Shown piece after piece: positions 15,456-22,229 of a DNA stretch of 24,000 bases. Each line of letters starts with the position of its first letter. Positions within the stretch are counted from its first letter, which is position 1. Under the pieces are notes generated by a model that had not been told where the DNA came from, ran no database searches, and was given only the letters and a program-made list of their open reading frames with translations. Origin of the DNA: Bacillus sp. V2I10 (lineage in GTDB: Bacteria; Bacillota; Bacilli; Bacillales; Bacillaceae); the NCBI RefSeq assembly GCF_030817055.1, contig NZ_JAUSYV010000001.1:1378518-1402517 (forward strand), in the 5' to 3' direction. A program made the translations under genes and the position numbers.

Positions 15456-15500
15456 AATAGGTACCAGTGACGCATTATGATGACGTCGCCGGTACCTATT
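15456..15500. repeat. long imperfect inverted repeat / hairpin with perfect 10-bp outer arms
   Basis: aataggtacc (15456-15465) and ggtacctatt (15491-15500) are perfect complements. Six further pairs form after one mismatch (15467-15472 with 15484-15489). The loop is 11 nt and no U-tract lies on either side. Confidence 0.6.
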
Positions 15501-15552
15501 AAACTTCATGTCTATGTTCTATGGGAAAAGCAGGAGGAAAGAAGTTGGTAAT

Positions 15553-15578
15553 GTGTTAGTTCTGAAGAGATAGGGTAA
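15553..15578 (+). promoter_or_regulatory. SigB-type promoter candidate for the universal stress protein gene
   Basis: GTGTTA-N14-GGGTAA compared with the B. subtilis SigB consensus GTTTAA-N12-15-GGGTAT. It lies 65 nt upstream of the ATG at 15643. Confidence 0.3.
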
Positions 15579-15642
15579 ATAATTAAGGTAATTAAATAAA
15601 GCAATAATATGTCTCTATACTTCAGATCAAGGAGAGGTTGTT

Positions 15643-16104
15643 ATGATTTATAAGAGAATATTAGTAGCGATTGATGGTTCAGAGGGAAGTAAGCAAGCGT
15701 TACAGCATGCAAATGAGCTGGCAAGGAACAATGGGGCAGAATTGACATTGATTCATGTTAAGAACGAGACCCATCTGCCGCTTTATGGTGGAGTATACCC
15801 CGTAAGTGAAGCTGGCACTCAAATTATTCAGGAAGAAGTAGAAAGAGCTGAAGAAGTTGAGATAGGTAAAGGTGAAGCTATAATTAGAAAAGCTAAAGAC
15901 GAAATATCTCCTGATATTAAGGTTACTACAGCCCTATTAGATGGTGACCCATCAGCATCCATTTGCGGGTATTCAGAAAAGAACAACATTGACCTTATCG
16001 TTATGGGAAGCCGAGGACTAAGTGGAATAAAGAAGTGGGTCTTAGGCAGTGTCAGCCAAAAAGTATTATCAGAGGCCACACAGGCAGTTCTTATCACTAA
16101 GTAA
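15643..16104 (+). CDS. universal stress protein (UspA family)
   Basis: 153-aa ORF with RBS AAGGAGAGG. YKRILVAIDGSEGSKQAL...LTLIHV...DLIVMGSRGLSGIKKWVLGSVSQKVLSEATQAVLI is the canonical Usp ATP-binding fold pattern. Confidence 0.85.
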   Translation: MIYKRILVAIDGSEGSKQALQHANELARNNGAELTLIHVKNETHLPLYGGVYPVSEAGTQIIQEEVERAEEVEIGKGEAIIRKAKDEISPDIKVTTALLDGDPSASICGYSEKNNIDLIVMGSRGLSGIKKWVLGSVSQKVLSEATQAVLITK

Positions 16105-16120
16105 AGTCAAGATTTCATCA

Positions 16121-16149
16121 GTAAGCGAAGCCTAAACAGCTTCGCTTAC
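16121..16149. terminator. hairpin between convergent genes (usp on +, ridA on -)
   Basis: gtaagcgaagc (16121-16131), loop ctaaaca, then gcttcgcttac (16139-16149). The 11-bp stem is perfect, but there is no clear U-tract on either side. Confidence 0.55.
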
Positions 16150-16220
16150 ACCTTCTTCATTATGCATTCCATATATATGATGTAACCTTTACCGTCATTG
16201 GATGGAGCAAAGATCTGATG

Positions 16221-16607
16221 TCAGTTGTCTTCCGTCAAAGCAATAACTTCGACTTCACATAATACACCTTTAGGCAGTTCTTTAACTGCTACACAAGAAC
16301 GTGCCGGCTTATTCGCAGTGAAGTATTGCTCATACACACTGTTAAAGTCTGCAAAATCAGCCATATTAGTTATAAAGCAAGTCGTCTTAATCACAGTATT
16401 AAATGAAGCATTGCCTTCTTCTAAAACAGCTTGTACATTTTTCATGAATTGATGTGCTTGCTCAGTAATCTCTCCATCTACTACTTCTCCTATTTTTGGA
16501 TTAACTGGGATTTGGCCAGAAGTAAAGAGTAATTTATCTAACTTTATTGCTTGAGAGTAAGGGCCAATTGCTGCTGGTGCTTCATTAGTGAAAATTGTTG
16601 TTAACAC
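16221..16607 (-). CDS. ridA: RidA/YjgF/TdcF-family reactive enamine/imine deaminase
   Basis: 128-aa ORF with a GTG start 7 nt after AGAGGAGA. APAAIGPYSQAI...FTSGQIPVNP...PARSCVAVKELPKGVLCEVEVIA is the family signature. Confidence 0.9.
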   Translation of the reverse strand: MLTTIFTNEAPAAIGPYSQAIKLDKLLFTSGQIPVNPKIGEVVDGEITEQAHQFMKNVQAVLEEGNASFNTVIKTTCFITNMADFADFNSVYEQYFTANKPARSCVAVKELPKGVLCEVEVIALTEDN

Positions 16608-16627
16608 GCTTCATTCTCCTCTTAAAG

Positions 16628-17824
16628 TTAATGATTAATATTATTTTCAAGATAATCTAAAGCTCTTTTAAATCTCTGTAATCCATCGATTACTTTTGAA
16701 GATGGGCATCCCACATTCATACGTAAGAATCCTTTTCCGTCTTTTCCGTACATTTCTCCCGGCATGATGGCTACTTTACCATGATGAATTAGTGCATCTT
16801 GCAGTTGTTCATCAGAATATGGCAGCTTAGATATGTCAATCCAAGCTAAATAGGTTGATTCAGGAATTTCTAAATGGGCAGAAAGGATATGGGTATCAAG
16901 AAAGCTCTTCACTAGTTCCATGTTTTTTTCAATATAAGTGTTTAAATCATCCACCCATTGACCACCGTTATGATAAGCAGTCATTAGCCCAATTGCACCT
17001 AGAGTACTCGTTGAAGAAAGTCCATCTATATTCTTCAAGGTTTTGAGGTAACGCTCCTTTAATTCTTGATTGGGAATAATCGCATAGGATCCTCCTAATC
17101 CAGGTGTATTGAATGTTTTACTGGCTGACGTACAGATACACACATGATCTAGATTTTCTGCAACATCTACAATTGGAACATGCACATTAGGCTTGCTTAC
17201 AATATCCATATGAATCTCATCGGAAATCACATATACCTGATATTTCTTACAAAGTGCAATTATTTTTTTCAATTCTTTTTTTGACCATACACGTCCTGTC
17301 GGATTATGAGGACTGCATAATAGAAAAACTTTTGCACGAGGATGTGCAAGCTTTTTCTCTAAATCCTGAAAATCAATGAAGTAAGTGTTATTTTCATAGA
17401 GCAGCTTGTTCCCAGAAAAAACTCGCTTATTGTCTTCTACTAGTTTAAAGAAAGCATCATAAGCTGGAGTTTGAACAACGACATGATCTCCCTCTTCTGT
17501 CATGTGTTCGATTAGCTTTGAAATCGTATAAATAACTGTAGGACTATATATAATCCAATCCTCTTTAATTGAGGTAGAAAATCTCTTTAGGTACCATTGT
17601 TGAATTGCACCTTTAAATTCCTGATGATTCCATCTCGTATATCCAAAAATCCCATGGTCTACACGTTTTTTTAATGCCGTTAGTATTTCGGGCGGACATA
17701 GAAAATCTGTATCTGATATAGAGAATGGCAAAAGGTCCTTTTCTCCAAATCGATCTTCAATATAGTCCCATTGAGTGCAGTAGGTACCTAATCTATTTAC
17801 TACTTCATCAAATGAATATTTCAT
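16628..17824 (-). CDS. PLP-dependent C-S lyase / cystathionine beta-lyase of the MalY/PatB aminotransferase class I/II family
   Basis: Start taken at ATG 17824 (MKYSFDEVVNRLGTYCTQWDY...), which is typical of the MalY/PatB N-terminus. Also TPAYDAFF, LCSPHNPTGRVW, SDEIHMD and SASKTFN (PLP lysine context). Confidence 0.85.
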   Translation of the reverse strand: MKYSFDEVVNRLGTYCTQWDYIEDRFGEKDLLPFSISDTDFLCPPEILTALKKRVDHGIFGYTRWNHQEFKGAIQQWYLKRFSTSIKEDWIIYSPTVIYTISKLIEHMTEEGDHVVVQTPAYDAFFKLVEDNKRVFSGNKLLYENNTYFIDFQDLEKKLAHPRAKVFLLCSPHNPTGRVWSKKELKKIIALCKKYQVYVISDEIHMDIVSKPNVHVPIVDVAENLDHVCICTSASKTFNTPGLGGSYAIIPNQELKERYLKTLKNIDGLSSTSTLGAIGLMTAYHNGGQWVDDLNTYIEKNMELVKSFLDTHILSAHLEIPESTYLAWIDISKLPYSDEQLQDALIHHGKVAIMPGEMYGKDGKGFLRMNVGCPSSKVIDGLQRFKRALDYLENNINH

Positions 17825-17842
17825 TTTAATCAAACCTCATCT

Positions 17843-19402
17843 TTATGCTAATTTGTCTAATTGAGTTTTAACAGAAGCTACTTGTGTTCCAATAATAACC
17901 TGTACATTATGTTCATCTAGTACAACAACACCAAGTGCTCCACACTCTTTTAAGGTGGGTTGATTTACTTTATTCATATCTTTCACGACAAGACGTAAAC
18001 GAGTAATGCAGTTATCTAATGACTCAATATTTTCTTTTCCGCCTAACGCACTTAAAATTCTTTCAGCATCATATTTCCCTTTTTTCTTATTAGTAATTAT
18101 TTCTTCACTAATTTCTTCGGTTACTTCTTCACGTCCAGGAGTTTTCAAATTGAATTTTGTAATTGCGTAACGGAACACTGTGTAATAAATAGCAAACCAC
18201 ACTATCCCTACAGCAAGTACGAGATACCATTTAGTATAGGTGCCTTGTAATATCCCGAAGATTAAAAAGTCTAATACGCCGCCATCTGTGTTGCCAATAA
18301 CCACTCCAAGTAAAGACATAACCATAAATCCTAATCCTGTCAGGACTACATGAATTCCATATAACACTGGTGAAACGAACAAGAATAAAAATTCAATAGG
18401 TTCTGTAATTCCGGTTACAAAAGCAGCAAGAACACCAGAAATTAATAGACCTTTAATTTTCTTTCGGTTCTCAGGTCGAGCAGTATGATAGATAGCTAAT
18501 GCAACTGCTGGTAATCCAAACATAAATGATGGCATTTTACCTTGAGATAAAAAGGCTGTTACTGAAGGACTAATTGCTTCTCCACTTTTTAACTGGGCGT
18601 AGAAAATATTTAATGCACCGGAAATCGTTTGACCATCAACAATTTGCGTACCGCCTGCTTCTGTAAAGCGAATCATCGCTACAAGAATATGGTGTAATCC
18701 AAACGGAAGCAGCAATCTCTCCCCAGCACCGAATAAGAATGGGCCAAATGCGCCCGATTTTTGAATGATTGACCCTACTCCTGCAATCCCCAATGCAAAT
18801 ATTGGCCAAATGATTGGAAGCAGAATCCCAACAAACGCTAATGTCAGAGAAGTAATAATTGGAACAAAGCGTGCTCCTCCAAAAAATGCAAATGCGTCTG
18901 GTAACTGGATATCGTAAAACTTATTGTGTAGCAGATAAACGATAATCCCAACAATAATTCCTCCAAGGACTCCCATTTCTAAGGTTTGAATCCCCATTAC
19001 CATTCCTTGTCCAGTCTCACGTAACTTTTCTGCTGTAGCAAGCTGATTGGTTTCAGTTAAATAAAAGTTAATAGATAAATGCATGATCACATAACCGATA
19101 AATCCAGAAAAAGCAGCTACACCTTTTTCATACCTTACAAGCCCCAATGGAATAGCCATTGCGAATAATACTGGTAAGTAGGTGAATGCAAAACCACCGA
19201 TTGTAGACATAAAACTAAATAGTATTTGTAAAATAGGATTTCCTAAAAAGGGGATGGTTTCAATCGTTGTTGGGCTTGTAAACGCACTTCCAACCCCTAA
19301 CATTAATCCCATGAATGCTAATAATGCCACAGGCAGCATAAAAGTTTTCCCTAAGCCTTGAAAGAACTCCCAAAAATTCGATTTCATGCTTTTCTTTTTC
19401 AT
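17843..19402 (-). CDS. PTS transporter subunit EIICB, glucose/maltose/N-acetylglucosamine (MalX/PtsG-like) family; no EIIA domain
   Basis: Start taken at ATG 19402 (MKKKSMKSNFWEFFQGLGKTFMLPVA), 6 nt after AAAGGAGAG; the track's 42-codon extension has no RBS. EIIC motifs FGGARFVPI, GLHHIL and ITEPIEF are present. The C-terminal EIIB carries NCITRLRLVVKD. Confidence 0.85.
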   Translation of the reverse strand: MKKKSMKSNFWEFFQGLGKTFMLPVALLAFMGLMLGVGSAFTSPTTIETIPFLGNPILQILFSFMSTIGGFAFTYLPVLFAMAIPLGLVRYEKGVAAFSGFIGYVIMHLSINFYLTETNQLATAEKLRETGQGMVMGIQTLEMGVLGGIIVGIIVYLLHNKFYDIQLPDAFAFFGGARFVPIITSLTLAFVGILLPIIWPIFALGIAGVGSIIQKSGAFGPFLFGAGERLLLPFGLHHILVAMIRFTEAGGTQIVDGQTISGALNIFYAQLKSGEAISPSVTAFLSQGKMPSFMFGLPAVALAIYHTARPENRKKIKGLLISGVLAAFVTGITEPIEFLFLFVSPVLYGIHVVLTGLGFMVMSLLGVVIGNTDGGVLDFLIFGILQGTYTKWYLVLAVGIVWFAIYYTVFRYAITKFNLKTPGREEVTEEISEEIITNKKKGKYDAERILSALGGKENIESLDNCITRLRLVVKDMNKVNQPTLKECGALGVVVLDEHNVQVIIGTQVASVKTQLDKLA

Positions 19403-19500
19403 ACTGGACTCTCCTTTTTTCAACATCAGGTTGCGAGCAAGCTGCTCATGTAAGCTTTCTATCAACTTACGGATATAGCATAGCTTTATTAGCATTGTGT

Positions 19501-19515
19501 TGCAATCGCTTTCAT
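19501..19515. promoter_or_regulatory. candidate cre (CcpA site) in the PTS operon leader/promoter region
   Basis: The minus strand reads ATGAAAGCGATTGCA, which fits all constrained positions of WTGNAANCGNWNNCW. It lies about 100 nt upstream of the PTS ATG at 19402. Confidence 0.45.
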
Positions 19516-19665
19516 GTTTGTTGTACACAGTTACTTTTTTTGTAACGAGCTTACATATAAAAAGAGTATGGAAGTTCTGAAATCTCCCTCATATTCTTTA
19601 ACTCACCTCAAAAGAGGAGGGGAGATAAAGTCTGCAAGTTTTAAGTTTTGTTCCTTAGCCTTCAT

Positions 19666-19695
19666 AAAAAAAAGTTTCTAGCATTTACTAGAAAC
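19666..19695 (-). terminator. rho-independent terminator after the RpiR gene
   Basis: The minus strand reads gtttctag, loop taaatg, ctagaaac, then an 8-nt T-run (plus-strand A-run at 19666-19673). Confidence 0.7.
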
Positions 19696-19704
19696 CTCTT
19701 ACTA

Positions 19705-20466
19705 CTAATGATTCATATATGTCAGGATAATGAAATCCAATATAATGCTTAACGGAAATCTCGAACTCATATCTAATTCACCATAATATCCGTTTGTAAT
19801 ATGTGCATGAAAAGTGATATCAACTTCTTGCTGCAACCGGCTATTTCGTCGGCCAACGACTGCTATTGTCTTTACGTTTTTCTCTTTTAATATATTTGCA
19901 AACTCTAGTATATGTAATGTTTCTCCACTATATGATACTAAAATGGCTAAATCATTTTCAGATAAACTATTGGCCACGCATCTTAGTTCATCCCAATCTT
20001 CACGTGCACTACAGATTCTTCCTGAAAAGGTAAGCTTTCTAGCAGCTTCCACACAAGTTGGAAGTGATGCCCCAACCCCAAAAAACTCAACATAATTACT
20101 TTCTTTAATATACGCTGCAGCTTTTTGAATCTTTTCTTCATTGATATTCTTTAAGGTTTGATCCATTTCTTTTTTTACTCGATCTATCTGAGTCAATATC
20201 GTATTTGAAGAAATAATATTTTCATCATCTTTATCATAATCAACGTATTTACTTAACGTGTATTTTAAATCTTGGAATCCCTCGTAGCCTAACTGCTTAC
20301 ACGTTCTGCTAATCGTTGCGGTTGATACAAATAATTCTTTGGCAAGATCATTCACATTGGACTGAACAACGAAATTCGGGTTTATTAAAATATGGTCTAA
20401 TACCTGTTTCTCTAACTGGCTTAATTGATCTCTGCGTTGAGATAGACGCTTTAAGAATGTTTTCAT
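19705..20466 (-). CDS. RpiR/MurR-family transcriptional regulator (HTH_6 plus SIS phosphosugar-binding domain)
   Basis: 253-aa ORF. The N-terminal HTH reads VNDLAKELFVSTATISRTCKQLGYEGFQDLKYTL. The SIS core reads FFGVGASLPTCVEAARKL...DLAILVSYSGETLHILEFANILKEKNVKTIAV. Confidence 0.9.
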   Translation of the reverse strand: MKTFLKRLSQRRDQLSQLEKQVLDHILINPNFVVQSNVNDLAKELFVSTATISRTCKQLGYEGFQDLKYTLSKYVDYDKDDENIISSNTILTQIDRVKKEMDQTLKNINEEKIQKAAAYIKESNYVEFFGVGASLPTCVEAARKLTFSGRICSAREDWDELRCVANSLSENDLAILVSYSGETLHILEFANILKEKNVKTIAVVGRRNSRLQQEVDITFHAHITNGYYGELDMSSRFPLSIILDFIILTYMNH

Positions 20467-20614
20467 TGTTCATCACCACTCTATATTGTTCCTTATACTA
20501 TAGCATATCCATGAAACTCAAAAACAGCAGGATTGGGGTAAAAAAAGGAATACAGGAGGTTTTATTTAAACGTGGCTGGACAAGTGGTAAAAAAGCTAAG
20601 TTATAAAAATATGC

Positions 20615-20663
20615 AATTCCAATTTACATAATAATACAGATTATAAACAGCAAATAAATTTTA
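20615..20663 (+). repeat. dispersed repeat, copy C
   Basis: The core tttacataataatacagattataaacagcaaataaatttta lies at 20623-20663; see copy B. Confidence 0.65.
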
Positions 20664-20690
20664 CTAAATATTATGTTAAGGTCAAATTGA

Positions 20691-20719
20691 TTGACTTTAT
20701 TAGAAAGCATGTGTACAGT
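20691..20719 (+). promoter_or_regulatory. SigA-type promoter candidate for the TPP-riboswitch operon
   Basis: TTGACT (20691-20696), a 17-nt spacer, then TACAGT (20714-20719). It lies about 20 nt upstream of riboswitch helix P1. Confidence 0.4.
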
Positions 20720-20740
20720 AAATATTAAATTAATAGGAAG

Positions 20741-20829
20741 ACCACTAGGGGAGCCATTTTATGGCTGAGACAGGAGTTATCCTGGACCCTTTGAACCTGA
20801 TCTAGTTCATACTAGCGTAGGAAAGTGGA
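20741..20829 (+). promoter_or_regulatory. TPP (THI-box) riboswitch aptamer
   Basis: P1 pairs ccact (20742-20746) with agtgg (20824-20828). The conserved elements GGGGAGCC...GGCTGAGA and ACCCTTTGAACCTGATCTAGTTCATACTAGCGTAGGAAAG match the THI element. It sits upstream of thiamine salvage and transport genes. Confidence 0.9.
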
Positions 20830-20859
20830 GTCAGTGTATGAATATATACAATTATTCTG

Positions 20860-20886
20860 CCGCTCCATTTTTGGAGCGGTTTTTTC
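20860..20886 (+). terminator. riboswitch expression-platform terminator
   Basis: ccgctcca (20860-20867), loop tttt, then tggagcgg (20872-20879), followed by a T-run at 20880-20885. Confidence 0.8.
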
Positions 20887-20949
20887 GTATTCAATTATAG
20901 TCGCTCCCTATAGTGTCTTCCCGTTATAACCAATAAGGGGGCTAAATGT

Positions 20950-21633
20950 ATGAGTTTTTCAGCAGAACTAAGAAAGGAAGCAAATCCCATCTTTGATGCG
21001 ATTTTCGAACATCCTTTTGTCAAAGGAATCGCCAATGGAGGATTAAAAAAGGAACAATTAATTCATTATGTTAAACAGGACTTTGAATATTTGAGTTCCT
21101 TTATCAGAATCTATGGAATAGCGGTCTCGAAGTGTGAGAATCGTGAAGATATGGATATGTTTAATCAGCAAATTTCATTTATATTAAAAAGTGAAATCCA
21201 TCCACATAATAACTTTTGTCAAGTAGCGGGTGTTCCATATGAGGTATTACAAGGATATCCGTTATCACCATCTTCACTTCATTACATACGTCATATGCTT
21301 ACAGTTGCTCACGAAGGAACATTAGGGGAAATTTTAGCTGTCTTATTACCATGTCCGTGGACATATTGGGAGATTGGCAAAAGAATATTAAATGAAGTTA
21401 ATCCAGATCGCTCTCATCCATTTTATGATTGGATAAATTTTTATGGTAATCGTACAAATTCGATCACAACTAAATTTTGTGCCCGTATAGATGAGTGGGC
21501 AAAGGAAGCAACAGAGAGAGAAAAAGAAAAGATGAAAGAACATTTCTTAATAAGTTGTCAGCTTGAATATATGTTTTGGGATATGGCCTATAAACTCGAA
21601 GAATGGCCTGTGAAAATGGAGGTAGTAAAGTGA
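20950..21633 (+). CDS. tenA: aminopyrimidine aminohydrolase / thiaminase II
   Basis: 227-aa ORF with RBS AGGGGG. HPFVKGIANGGL, YVKQDFEYL and LLPCPWTYWEIG match B. subtilis TenA as I recall it (LLPCYWLYYEVG). It is under TPP riboswitch control. Confidence 0.9.
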   Translation: MSFSAELRKEANPIFDAIFEHPFVKGIANGGLKKEQLIHYVKQDFEYLSSFIRIYGIAVSKCENREDMDMFNQQISFILKSEIHPHNNFCQVAGVPYEVLQGYPLSPSSLHYIRHMLTVAHEGTLGEILAVLLPCPWTYWEIGKRILNEVNPDRSHPFYDWINFYGNRTNSITTKFCARIDEWAKEATEREKEKMKEHFLISCQLEYMFWDMAYKLEEWPVKMEVVK

Positions 21634-22229
21634 TGAGCTGGAAGATGAAAGAAGTAGTTCTTGCTGTCATTCTAGCGGTGGCTTGTGGAGTTATTTATTT
21701 AGGATGGTCTACTCTTTGGATTCCGATTTCCGCTATTGTGGGGCCGGTGGGCGCAGGTTTTATGTTTGGGATTTGGGTGATTGCTAGTCCAATAGTAGCG
21801 TATATTATCCGAAAACCGGGTGCGGCCCTTATTGCAGAGGTTGCAGCGGCAGCAGTAGAGTTATTAACAGGAAGTCATTTTGGTCTATCGGCCCTTTTAA
21901 TTGGTGTCTTTCAAGGTATGGGTTCAGAAATCGCATTCGCGATATTCAGATATAAACGCTACAACCTATTTACATTAATGCTATCTGGGGCTCTTGCAGC
22001 GGTTGGAAGCATGATCTATAACTTAATTGCCAACGGTTTTGGATATTACACGACAGAAGTATTTTTTGTTACGTTAGTAATTCATGTGATAAGCGGAATT
22101 ATTCTCGGTGGTTGGTTAGCGAAAGTAGTCGTGGACTCACTCGCAAAAACAGGTGTTTTAGAACAATATGAAATTATGAAGGATAAAAGGAAAAGGGAAA
22201 ACTTAAATGGAAATGTTTCTGGGATGTAA
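21633..22229 (+). CDS. ykoE: ECF transporter substrate-specific (S) component for thiamine/HMP precursor, YkoE-like
   Basis: Start at ATG 21633, overlapping the tenA stop (TGATG), with GGAGG 10 nt upstream. MSWKMKEVVLAVILAV...IRKPGAALIAEV... resembles B. subtilis YkoE. About 6 TM segments. Confidence 0.8.
   Translation: MSWKMKEVVLAVILAVACGVIYLGWSTLWIPISAIVGPVGAGFMFGIWVIASPIVAYIIRKPGAALIAEVAAAAVELLTGSHFGLSALLIGVFQGMGSEIAFAIFRYKRYNLFTLMLSGALAAVGSMIYNLIANGFGYYTTEVFFVTLVIHVISGIILGGWLAKVVVDSLAKTGVLEQYEIMKDKRKRENLNGNVSGM

Noticed and set aside
19403-19528. A 42-codon N-terminal extension of the PTS EIICB ORF (MYNKHESDCNTMLIK...).
   Set aside because: The extension is hydrophilic and non-homologous-looking and has no RBS. 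The internal ATG at 19402 has a perfect AAAGGAGAG SD and gives a typical EIIC N-terminus.
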